Shown here in pieces: positions 36,205-45,119 of a DNA stretch of 64,000 bases; position 1 is the first letter of the stretch; each line of letters starts with the position of its first letter. The notes beneath the pieces are model-generated. The model had not been told where the DNA came from. It searched no databases and worked only from the letters and a program-made list of their open reading frames with translations. The stretch is from positions 9,717-73,716 of the forward strand of contig JAOXRU010000126.1 of NCBI GenBank assembly GCA_025800395.1, in the 5' to 3' direction. The stretch comes from Flavobacteriaceae bacterium. GTDB lineage: Bacteria; Bacteroidota; Bacteroidia; Flavobacteriales; Flavobacteriaceae. The translations under genes and the position numbers were made by a program.

Positions 36205-38652
36205 CTAGGTGTTGCTTATTCGTATCACATCTGCAAATATTCCGGAAGCTGTGACATCCGCTCCAGCGCCTGCTCCTTTCACCATTAAAGGTTGTTGTGG
36301 ATATCTTTCGGTAAAAAACAATACGATATTGTCACTACCTTCCAGATTGTAAAAATCGTGCTTTTCTGGGATATGTTGTAATCCCACACTAGCTTTTCCA
36401 TTTTCAAATTGGGCTACATACTTGAGTTTACAGTTTTTGTCTGCTGCCGCCCGATACAATTGTTGAAAAGAGGATTCTGTTTTTTGGATACTTTCGTAAA
36501 ATGATTTATTGTCTGTTGTGTCCAAACTTTCTTTTGGCAGGAAAGATTGGTTTTGGATGTCTTCCATTTCAAGTATGGCACCACTTTCTCTGGCTAGAAT
36601 TAGAATTTTTCGCGCAACATCTACACCACTGAGGTCTATCTTAGGATCGGGCTCGGTATAGCCTTGTTCTTGTGCTTGTTGTACAACCGATTCGAAACTG
36701 CTGGAGGTGTCGTAATTGTTGAAAACAAAGTTCAGACTGCCAGACAATACGGCTTGTATTTTCCGAATACGATCTCCGGAAGCTATTAGATTTTTCAGAG
36801 TGTCTATGATGGGTAGCCCTGCGCCAACATTGGTTTCAAATAAGAAAGAAACATTGTATTTTAAGGCCAGCTTTTTAAGTTCGGCATAGCGTTCGTAATC
36901 TGCGGAGGCAGCAATTTTGTTGCAAGTAACTACCGATATGCTATCTTTTAGGTAATTGGCATAACTTGCGGCTACATTGGCATTGGCTGTATTGTCTATA
37001 AATATGCTATTTCGCAAATTGGCGTCTCTAACTTTTTGATAAAAGCTGTCGATACTAGCTTTTTCGCCTTCGGCCAATGCTTGTTCCCAATGTTTTAAAT
37101 CGATACCTTGATCGTCGAATACCATGGTTCGAGAATTGGCTAGACCGCAAATGCGTATTTGCAATTTGAGTTGATCAAGTAAAAAACTTTGTTGCTGCTG
37201 AATTTGTGCCAAGAATTTGCTCCCAACATTGCCAACACCCATTACGAATAAATTGAGTTGTTTGATTTGGTCTTCAAAAAATTTGGCATGCAATATATTC
37301 AGTGCTTTTTTGACATCTTTATCGGATATAACGGCACTGATGTTTTTTTCGGAGGCGCCTTGGGCAATGGCGCGAATGTTAACGTTGTTTTTTCCTAAGG
37401 CGCTAAACATCTTTCCACTAAGCCCTTGGTGACTTTTCATTTGGTCGCCCACTAGAGCAATGATGGAAAGCTGATCTTCCGATTTGGGGGTATCTATGGA
37501 ACCTTTGCTGATTTCTAGTTCAAATTCGTTATTGATGGCATCTACCGCTTTTTGGGCCATATTGGAATCGATGCCGATACAGATCGAATGTTCTGAAGAA
37601 GCTTGTGTGATAAATACGATACTAATTCCTTCTAAAGAAAGTACTTCAAAAAAGCGTTTGGAAATTCCAGTTGTGCCAATTAGTCCAGTTCCTTCTAAAG
37701 AGATGAGCGAAATATTAGAAATATGACTGATGCCTCTAACCGGTTTGAGGCCGGTATCGTTTGATTGGTGTATAAAAGTACCTTTGTCTTGTGGTGCAAA
37801 GGTGTTTTTTATTACCATTGGAATGTTTTTTTGTAAAACAGGTTGTACCGTCGGAGGGTACAATACTTTGGCACCAAAGTGCGACAATTCTAAGGCTTCT
37901 TCATAAGAAATGTGTTCAATAGGATAGGCCTGTCGTACCAATTTTGGATTGGCAGTAAACATACCACTTACATCTGTCCATATTTGCAAGATTTCCGCAT
38001 CTAATGCTGCGGCAATAATGGCTGCGGTAAAATCGGAACCTCCTCTACCCAAAGTAGTAATATTGTTGTTGACAGATGAAGCAATGAAACCAGGAATTAC
38101 TGTAATTTTTTCATTAGATTGAGAAAAGTATTCTTGGATGTTTTTATTGGTGATATCAAACTGTACGATAGCTTTTTGGTAATCGTCGTTGGTTTTGATA
38201 ATTTCTCTAGCATTTTTTCTTTTGGCATCTAGTCCAGTTGAGGCCATATAGATGCTAATGAGTAAGGAAGATAAAAGTTCTCCATAACTTACTATTTTGT
38301 CGGATAGCTTTGGTGTGATTTCTCCAATAAGAAAGGCGCCTTCTAATAAGGTTTCCAAATCATTGAATTCTTTTTTGATGGCTGCTATTAAGCTCGCTTG
38401 CTGATCGAGAGGGATGAGTTCGCCGAGGGTATCAAAATGCCTTTTTTGTATTTGAGCAACTACCTCTTGGTATTGGGCATCCTTTTTGGAGGCAAAATCT
38501 GCTGCGGAGAGCAACAAATCGGTTACACCACCTAAGGCAGATACAACAACTATAACACGATCTTTATCGGCTTGATTTGCTATTACTTTTTTGACTTGCT
38601 GTATGTTTTCGGAGTTGGCTACAGAAGTTCCTCCAAATTTTAAGACTTTCAT
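36205..38652 (-). CDS. thrA: Bifunctional aspartokinase / homoserine dehydrogenase I
   Basis: MKVLKFGGTSVA kinase N-terminus, ACT-like middle region, C-terminal homoserine dehydrogenase (FVMGVGNVGS Rossmann); 815 aa. Confidence 0.95.
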   Translation of the reverse strand: MKVLKFGGTSVANSENIQQVKKVIANQADKDRVIVVVSALGGVTDLLLSAADFASKKDAQYQEVVAQIQKRHFDTLGELIPLDQQASLIAAIKKEFNDLETLLEGAFLIGEITPKLSDKIVSYGELLSSLLISIYMASTGLDAKRKNAREIIKTNDDYQKAIVQFDITNKNIQEYFSQSNEKITVIPGFIASSVNNNITTLGRGGSDFTAAIIAAALDAEILQIWTDVSGMFTANPKLVRQAYPIEHISYEEALELSHFGAKVLYPPTVQPVLQKNIPMVIKNTFAPQDKGTFIHQSNDTGLKPVRGISHISNISLISLEGTGLIGTTGISKRFFEVLSLEGISIVFITQASSEHSICIGIDSNMAQKAVDAINNEFELEISKGSIDTPKSEDQLSIIALVGDQMKSHQGLSGKMFSALGKNNVNIRAIAQGASEKNISAVISDKDVKKALNILHAKFFEDQIKQLNLFVMGVGNVGSKFLAQIQQQQSFLLDQLKLQIRICGLANSRTMVFDDQGIDLKHWEQALAEGEKASIDSFYQKVRDANLRNSIFIDNTANANVAASYANYLKDSISVVTCNKIAASADYERYAELKKLALKYNVSFLFETNVGAGLPIIDTLKNLIASGDRIRKIQAVLSGSLNFVFNNYDTSSSFESVVQQAQEQGYTEPDPKIDLSGVDVARKILILARESGAILEMEDIQNQSFLPKESLDTTDNKSFYESIQKTESSFQQLYRAAADKNCKLKYVAQFENGKASVGLQHIPEKHDFYNLEGSDNIVLFFTERYPQQPLMVKGAGAGADVTASGIFADVIRISNT

Positions 38653-39053
38653 CTTTTTTCTTATATAAAATTAAACAATAAATAGGTAAAAGGTTGTGAT
38701 TTTGGCGGAATACCAAAACAAAAATGGACACTATGTTAATCATTCACCCCAAAAGGGGTAATGCCGGTAATAGTAATAGAACCGATGGAGAAAATCGTGA
38801 AGATATTAATGCTATGTTTTTCGTTTGAATACAAATTTATGTTTTTATCAATAGTCAAATGTAGTACTTTTACTGTGAATAAAAAACAATTTAAAATTTT
38901 GCGGTCAATAAAACCTATTGTTAAATATGGATTTATACGGGAGTAGTCCTAATATTTGTGTTAGTTTTGGGATTGTTCTAAAATAGGTGTAGGTTTTTTG
39001 GATATTTAAAAATATTTTTATCCATCTTTTTGTAAAAACATAAAAATGCTATT

Positions 39054-40589
39054 ATGAAGATTTTTGAGTCAAAACACATATATGAGGCGGATCGAGTGAC
39101 AATCCAAAGACAAAATATTAGTTCGGATCAGTTGATGGAGCGTGCGGCGGAACAAATCTTTCAGTGGTTGCATTTGCGAATGCAAGGCGCTCAGGTACCA
39201 ATACATATTTTTTGTGGTATAGGAAACAATGGCGGGGATGGTTTGGCTATAGCGCGTATGCTTATTTCTAATGGATATAAGGTAAATGTTTATGTTGTAA
39301 ATTATAGCGACAAGCGTTCTAAGGATTTTTTGTTGAATTTTGATCGTTTAAAGAGTATGGAGATATGGCCCATTATCTTGGGCGATCAAGATGAGATGCC
39401 AACCATTGACCTGGAGGATATCGTAATTGACGCTATATTTGGAATTGGCTTAGATCGACCAATGGCCGATTGGGTTTGTAAGCTTATCGATGGCATAAAC
39501 AGCAATAGGGCATTTACCCTTTCTGTAGATATTCCTTCTGGGATGCATATGCAAGCCAATCCAAAGGGAGATAGTATTGTTCAGGCCAATTATGTACTAA
39601 GTTTTCAAGCGCCTAAACTTCCGTTTTTTCTGCCTAGTACGGGGGTGTATGTCAATCAATGGGAGGTAATAGATATTGGGTTGGATATGGAATTTTTGAT
39701 GCAACAAGACACTTCTTATCATCTCATTGGAAAACAAGAGGTGCTTCCTATGTATATGCCTAGGGAAAAATTTGCACATAAAGGCGACTACGGACATGTC
39801 CTTCTTATAGGAGGTAGTCATGGCAAGCTGGGTGCTATGCAACTTGCGGCCAAGGGATGTATGCGATCTGGAGCAGGACTTACAACGGTGTATGTTCCCA
39901 AATGTGGTTTTGAGCCTATGCAGACCGCGGTGCCAGAAGTAATGGTAGAAACCGATACAAAAGAGCGGTATATAAGTGCTATGGAGTATCAGTTAGAAGC
40001 ACAAGTAGTTGGGGCTGGTATTGGGATGGGTACCGAAGAGGCAACGGCAGCAGCCTTTGGTCGGTTTTTAGAAAACTATGATGGTGCATTAGTACTCGAT
40101 GCCGATGCGCTAAATATATTGAGTGAAAATAAACAGTGGCTAACTGCCTTGCCAAGTGCAACTGTGCTTACCCCACATCCAAAAGAGTTGGAGCGCCTTA
40201 TTGGAACTTGGGAGCACGATTTCGAAAAATTGGAAAAAGCCCAAGCATTTTCGAAAAAACACGATGTGATATTGCTTATAAAAGGAGCCTATAGTACCAC
40301 TGTTTATCAGGGCTATTATTATATCAATACTACTGGAAATCCTGGTATGGCAACAGCAGGTTCGGGGGATGTATTGTTGGGGATGATCACTGGTTTCATT
40401 GCTCAGAAGTATAGTCCTTTAAATGCTTGTATATTTGCCGTTTACTTGCATGGTTTGTCTGCGGATTTGGCTATACAGCACCACGGTTATCAGAGTCTCA
40501 TGGCTACTGATATAGCAGATGGAATCGGATCAGCATTTTTAGAATTATTTAAACAAGAAGCTCCAACAGCTTCCCAAGAGGAAGCATAG
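39054..40589 (+). CDS. nnr: Bifunctional NAD(P)H-hydrate repair enzyme (epimerase + ADP-dependent dehydratase)
   Basis: YjeF_N motif GNNGGDGLAIARML and a C-terminal kinase-like domain (GDYGHVLLIGGS...GSGDVLLGMITG). Confidence 0.9.
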   Translation: MKIFESKHIYEADRVTIQRQNISSDQLMERAAEQIFQWLHLRMQGAQVPIHIFCGIGNNGGDGLAIARMLISNGYKVNVYVVNYSDKRSKDFLLNFDRLKSMEIWPIILGDQDEMPTIDLEDIVIDAIFGIGLDRPMADWVCKLIDGINSNRAFTLSVDIPSGMHMQANPKGDSIVQANYVLSFQAPKLPFFLPSTGVYVNQWEVIDIGLDMEFLMQQDTSYHLIGKQEVLPMYMPREKFAHKGDYGHVLLIGGSHGKLGAMQLAAKGCMRSGAGLTTVYVPKCGFEPMQTAVPEVMVETDTKERYISAMEYQLEAQVVGAGIGMGTEEATAAAFGRFLENYDGALVLDADALNILSENKQWLTALPSATVLTPHPKELERLIGTWEHDFEKLEKAQAFSKKHDVILLIKGAYSTTVYQGYYYINTTGNPGMATAGSGDVLLGMITGFIAQKYSPLNACIFAVYLHGLSADLAIQHHGYQSLMATDIADGIGSAFLELFKQEAPTASQEEA

Positions 40590-40715
40590 TTTTTTTTGAT
40601 CCTCTTTGTAATGGCTTCAATGGATTTTTAATGTCTCGAAAGTTTATGAAATCCATATACTTAGAGAAAGCAAAAATTTCAAGAGTTTGCACCATTTTCA
40701 AAGATATTTGTTGGA

Positions 40716-41096
40716 TTAAACAACAGCTTTACCTGTGGTATAATCTTGCGCCCAATTTTTTGCACCGTCCAAATTGTTGAAAAATTTGAACTCCTTGTTA
40801 AAAAAGGATTTTTCAAAGGATAAACTAGTGATGGCGTTTGTTGTTTCGGAAACGACACAAATTCCTACCAAATTCTTTATTTTGTTGGTTTCATAATACA
40901 CGATAGGGTCTACAGTAAAATGAAACAATCGGTACGAAATCAATACAAAGGGTCTTTCTGAGAAGTGTTTCTCTAAAATTTGAATTACAATGCTGTTTTC
41001 GTCGTGTCGGAAGCATACTTCCTCGTTTATAACTAAAACAGCGTAAGTGTTGTAAATAAAAATGTTGCCAAATTTTAATTCATATTCTTCTTTCAT
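40716..41096 (-). CDS. Small uncharacterised protein, paralog 1 of a tandem trio (most divergent)
   Basis: Shares the block ...HFS..PF.LIS.R....VDP.VY......NL........EK.FF......F..L..A..W with the two upstream genes. ATG at 41096 chosen. The listed start at 41231 would add a 45-aa basic plus hydrophobic extension overlapping paralog 2 by 55 nt. Confidence 0.55.
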   Translation of the reverse strand: MKEEYELKFGNIFIYNTYAVLVINEEVCFRHDENSIVIQILEKHFSERPFVLISYRLFHFTVDPIVYYETNKIKNLVGICVVSETTNAITSLSFEKSFFNKEFKFFNNLDGAKNWAQDYTTGKAVV

Positions 41097-41176
41097 TGTA
41101 GTTTGGTTTGAGGATGATTTACTATAAATAAAGAAAATAATACTCAAAAATACAACTATAATGTTGTGAAATAGGC

Positions 41177-41572
41177 TTAAGGTGTGGTGTCTTTTGCGAA
41201 ATCTGTTATACTGTTTCTTTCCATTACCCAATCAGCTGCATGTTCAACATCTTGAAAACGACGTATTTGACCGTGATAGAAGTGTTTTTCTAGTTCATAG
41301 TTTGAGTTTCCAATATAGTCGGGATATACTATAGCAAAGCACGATAGATTTGGTAATTCGCTTAGGAAGCCATAAATGGTTGGATCTATAGAGTAGGAGC
41401 TATTTCTAACACTAATGTACCCGAAGGTTTTATTGCTAAAATGCAATTCAATTATCTCTTGTAGTTCTTGTATTCTTTCTAGGTGTATATGTTCCCCATC
41501 ATTGATGTAACCATAGATGATATTGTTTTTTATCTCGAAGGACCCAAAATTTAATTTATATCTTTTTCTCAT
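41177..41572 (-). CDS. Small uncharacterised protein, paralog 2 of the tandem trio
   Basis: ELHFSNKTFGYISVRNSSYSIDPTIYGFL..LPNL.CFAIV...EKHFY...F.DVEHAADWV. About 44% identical to paralog 3 in my ungapped hand alignment. Confidence 0.6.
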   Translation of the reverse strand: MRKRYKLNFGSFEIKNNIIYGYINDGEHIHLERIQELQEIIELHFSNKTFGYISVRNSSYSIDPTIYGFLSELPNLSCFAIVYPDYIGNSNYELEKHFYHGQIRRFQDVEHAADWVMERNSITDFAKDTTP

Positions 41573-41665
41573 GTTACTTTTAGTTTAGAAGGCATTGCCT
41601 CAAAAGTAAGCTAACAGAAAAATGAAGTATAAAAAATGTTGTAAAAAGGCATTAAGATGTTGTCA

Positions 41666-42070
41666 CTATCTAAATTTTAATAACCTCTTTTGAACCCAGT
41701 GCGCACCAGATTCGAAGTCCAGAAATAACTTCATTGCTTTTTTGTAGAAAAGTTTCTCAATGTTGAAATTATGCATGTCCAGTTCTTTGGTGGACACTAT
41801 CGCAAAAGCTTTCAAATTCTTGAGTCCACGCAGATAGGTGTAAATTGTTGGATCTAAAGCGTAACTGTTTTTTCGAACAGAAATATAGCCAAAGTTTTTA
41901 TCGCGAAAGTGTAATTCTGCAATTCCTATGAGTTGATAGGTTTTTTCTAGATTGATGGTTGCGCCGTGTTTGATGATGCTTACCATATAGTTGTCGTAAA
42001 CAAGAATTTGTCCAATGTCTAATTGGTATTCTTTAACCACTACCGTGTCCGAAGCAGGGTTCAATTTCAT
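41666..42070 (-). CDS. Small uncharacterised protein, paralog 3 of the tandem trio
   Basis: ELHFRDKNFGYISVRKNSYALDPTIYTYL..LKNLKAFAIV...EKLFY...F.DFESGAHWV. Confidence 0.6.
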   Translation of the reverse strand: MKLNPASDTVVVKEYQLDIGQILVYDNYMVSIIKHGATINLEKTYQLIGIAELHFRDKNFGYISVRKNSYALDPTIYTYLRGLKNLKAFAIVSTKELDMHNFNIEKLFYKKAMKLFLDFESGAHWVQKRLLKFR

Positions 42071-42262
42071 TTGATGTCATTTAGTGTTCGTAGGTGAAAG
42101 TAGTCATAGAGGGAGTATTAATAAAAAAATATAGATAAAAGGTATAAAAACTATTTGTTTTGCTCAATTATCGACGAATGGTATAAAGAGAGGGGCTATA
42201 ATTATTGTCCTTATTAAAACTGCTATGGCGTTTAATTATTTCTGTTTTTTTTGATCATTAAC

Positions 42263-42292
42263 AAAAAAAGAGGTTGCCTATTGGGCAACCTC
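42263..42292 (-). terminator. Intrinsic terminator of clpC
   Basis: The minus strand reads GAGGTTGCCC-AATA-GGCAACCTC followed by T7, 24 nt after the clpC stop. Confidence 0.7.
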
Positions 42293-42315
42293 TAAAGAAA
42301 TATATTGGTCGTAAT

Positions 42316-44865
42316 CTATTCTTTGGTGTTTTTGGCTTTTTTTATTTTGAATTGCAAAGCTTCTTCTTTTTTATTGAAACCGATATTGATTTGATCTCCT
42401 TCAACTAGGTTGGCATTGAGGATTTCTTCTGCCAATGCATCTTCTATATATTTTTGAATAGCTCTTTTCAATGGTCTGGCTCCATATTGGCGATCATATC
42501 CCTTTTCTGCAATAAATTCTTTAGCTGTTTTACTAAGGATGATATTGTATCCGAGTTCTTCGATACGAATGAAAAGCTTTTTCAATTCGATGTCGATGAT
42601 TTGTTGGATGTGTTCTTTTTCTAAAGCATTAAAAATAATGACATCATCTATACGGTTGAGGAATTCGGGAGCGAAAGCTTTTTTTAATGCACTTTCGATC
42701 ACACTTTTTTGGTGTTCGTCTGCCTGTGATTTTTTGGCAGCTGTACCAAATCCTACACCTTGTCCAAAATCTTTGATCTGTCTGGCTCCTATATTGGAGG
42801 TCATGATAATAATGGTATTTCTAAAATCGATTTTTCTTCCTAAGCTATCTGTAAGGAAACCGTCATCCAAAACCTGCAACATCATGTTAAACACATCTGG
42901 ATGTGCTTTTTCAACCTCATCGAGTAATACCACAGAATATGGTTTTCTTCTCACTTTTTCGGTAAGTTGTCCACCTTCTTCGTAGCCAACATATCCTGGA
43001 GGAGCTCCTACTAGTCTAGATATAGCAAATTTTTCCATATACTCACTCATATCGATACGTATAAGGGCATCTTGAGAATCAAACATTTCCTGAGCCAATA
43101 CTTTTGCCAATTGGGTTTTTCCAACTCCAGTTTGTCCCAAGAAAATGAAGGAACCAATTGGTTTGTTGGGGTCTTTGAGTCCCACACGGTTTCGTTGTAT
43201 GGCTTTAGCTACTTTGTCTACAGCATCATCTTGCCCGATTACATTTCCTTTAATAAGGTCAGATAGGTGTGCAAGTTTGTTGCTTTCTGTTTCTGTGATG
43301 CGATTTACAGGTATACCACTCATCATAGAGACTACATCAGCCACATTATCTTCGCTAACGGTTTGTTTGTTGCGTTTGCTTTCTTCTTCCCAATTGGTTT
43401 GCGCAGTATCAAGTTCTTTTTCGAGGCGTTTTTCGTTGTCTCGTAGTTTTGCTGCTTCTTCGTATTTCTGCTTTTTTACAACTGTATTTTTCAGCGCACG
43501 TACGTCTTCTAGTTGGGCTTCCAGTTCTAAGATTTGCTTGGGTACTTCCATTTTGGTAATATGTACCCTAGAACCTGCTTCATCCAAGGCATCGATAGCC
43601 TTGTCTGGTAGGTATCTATCGGTGAGGTATCTATTGGTAAGTTTTACACAGGCTTCCAATGCTTCATCGGTATAAAGTACATTGTGGTGTTCTTCGTACT
43701 TTCCTTTGATGTTTTGAAGTATCTGTATGGTTTCTTCTACACTGGTAGGTTCTACCATCACTTTTTGAAAGCGTCTTTCTAAAGCCCCATCTTTTTCGAT
43801 ATATTGGCGATATTCGTCTAAAGTAGTAGCGCCTATACATTGAATTTCCCCTCTTGCTAATGCTGGCTTTAGCATATTGGAAGCATCTAAGCTTCCTGCA
43901 GCACCACCGGCACCTACTATGGTATGAATTTCATCTATAAATAAGATAATGTTGTCATTTTTTTCGAGTTCATTCATTACCGCTTTCATGCGTTCTTCAA
44001 ACTGGCCTCTGTATTTGGTGCCTGCCACTAGGGAAGCCAAATCGAGAGTTACCACTCGTTTGCCATATAAAATGCGAGAAACTTTTTTCTGAATAATCCG
44101 CAATGCCAATCCTTCAGCTATAGCACTTTTTCCAACACCTGGTTCTCCAATTAGAAGCGGATTGTTCTTCTTCCTTCTAGAAAGAATTTGGGAAACACGT
44201 TCTATCTCTTTGTTGCGACCGACTACTGGATCGAGTTTGTTTTCCTCGGCTAATTGGGTAAGATCTCTTCCGAAATTGTCGAGTACTGGAGTTCGTGATT
44301 TACCAGAAGACTTCGAAGTAGTACTACTACTAAACGGCGAATCTTTGTCATCATTGTTATCCGTGTCCATATCGTCAGAATAAGATTCTGATGTAGGGGG
44401 GGTATTGAAATCTTCGTCGTTTGTAATCATTGATTTAAACTGTTCTTTCACGATGTCATAATCCACTTTTAACTTGTTTAGCAATTTGGTGGTTGGGTCG
44501 TTTTCATTTCTCAAAATACACAACAACAAATGTGCGGTATTAATAGAGGAACTTTGAAAGAGTTTTGCTTCTAAGAAGGTCGTTTTGAGTGCGCGTTCTG
44601 CCTGACGTGTCAGGTGTAAGTTTTTTTTGTCATTTGGTGCTTCAGTAGCTGACAAATTTGCAGGGCTAAGTATTTCGACCTTTCTTCTGAGATGGTCTAA
44701 ATCGATATCCAATGCGTTTAGAATAGATATGGCTTTTCCACTTCCATCGCGTAGGAGTCCTAAAATTAAATGTTCTGTTCCAATAAAGTCATGACCTAAG
44801 CGCAAGGCTTCTTCTTTGCTGTAGGCGATTACGTCCTTTACTCTTGGGGAAAAATTATCATCCAT
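42316..44865 (-). CDS. clpC: AAA+ Clp/Hsp100 unfoldase, ClpC-type
   Basis: Two Clp_N repeats, an acidic/Ser-rich linker, D1 Walker A GEPGVGKS, a UVR-like coiled coil, D2 Walker A GQTGVGKT, and the C-terminal D2-small domain. Confidence 0.9.
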   Translation of the reverse strand: MDDNFSPRVKDVIAYSKEEALRLGHDFIGTEHLILGLLRDGSGKAISILNALDIDLDHLRRKVEILSPANLSATEAPNDKKNLHLTRQAERALKTTFLEAKLFQSSSINTAHLLLCILRNENDPTTKLLNKLKVDYDIVKEQFKSMITNDEDFNTPPTSESYSDDMDTDNNDDKDSPFSSSTTSKSSGKSRTPVLDNFGRDLTQLAEENKLDPVVGRNKEIERVSQILSRRKKNNPLLIGEPGVGKSAIAEGLALRIIQKKVSRILYGKRVVTLDLASLVAGTKYRGQFEERMKAVMNELEKNDNIILFIDEIHTIVGAGGAAGSLDASNMLKPALARGEIQCIGATTLDEYRQYIEKDGALERRFQKVMVEPTSVEETIQILQNIKGKYEEHHNVLYTDEALEACVKLTNRYLTDRYLPDKAIDALDEAGSRVHITKMEVPKQILELEAQLEDVRALKNTVVKKQKYEEAAKLRDNEKRLEKELDTAQTNWEEESKRNKQTVSEDNVADVVSMMSGIPVNRITETESNKLAHLSDLIKGNVIGQDDAVDKVAKAIQRNRVGLKDPNKPIGSFIFLGQTGVGKTQLAKVLAQEMFDSQDALIRIDMSEYMEKFAISRLVGAPPGYVGYEEGGQLTEKVRRKPYSVVLLDEVEKAHPDVFNMMLQVLDDGFLTDSLGRKIDFRNTIIIMTSNIGARQIKDFGQGVGFGTAAKKSQADEHQKSVIESALKKAFAPEFLNRIDDVIIFNALEKEHIQQIIDIELKKLFIRIEELGYNIILSKTAKEFIAEKGYDRQYGARPLKRAIQKYIEDALAEEILNANLVEGDQINIGFNKKEEALQFKIKKAKNTKE

Positions 44866-45119
44866 TACATGCTTTTTTTTATTATAAAAATAATAAATAT
44901 CCGTTTGTCTAAGGCAAAAACTGTTCCTTTTTGTCTTAAGTAGTATAAATAGAAAAAAAAATATCGTAATAACAAAAATAATGTTGTGTAATTTATCAAC
45001 CTGTATGTGATATCATGTTGATAAAATCTATAAAAAAACATTTGGCTTAGTCTTTCATAAGTTTGGAATTTATGTATATTGGCATGATTTAAGAAGCATT
45101 AAATTTTAAAACAATTTAT

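Noticed and set aside
38736-38834. Thr/Ile-rich mini-ORF upstream of thrA (…INIFTIFSIGSITITGITPFGVND*), reminiscent of the enterobacterial thr leader peptide
   Set aside because: There is no in-frame ATG (only a TTG at 38834). Only 4 Thr are present. The two nearby hairpins (38746-38759 and 38700-38718) are weak and lack U-tracts, so no terminator/antiterminator pair can be drawn. Leader-peptide attenuation is also not established for Bacteroidota. It is worth only a quick conservation check.
38761-38946. A 61-aa plus-strand ORF in the thrA/nnr divergent region
   Set aside because: No supporting signals. It overlaps the thrA upstream region and its composition is typical of AT-rich non-coding DNA.
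42539-44383. Several plus-strand ORFs (148, 64, 176 and 73 aa) inside clpC
   Set aside because: They are antisense to a strongly supported 849-aa AAA+ gene, have Ser/Leu-rich low-information translations, and lack independent start or terminator signals.
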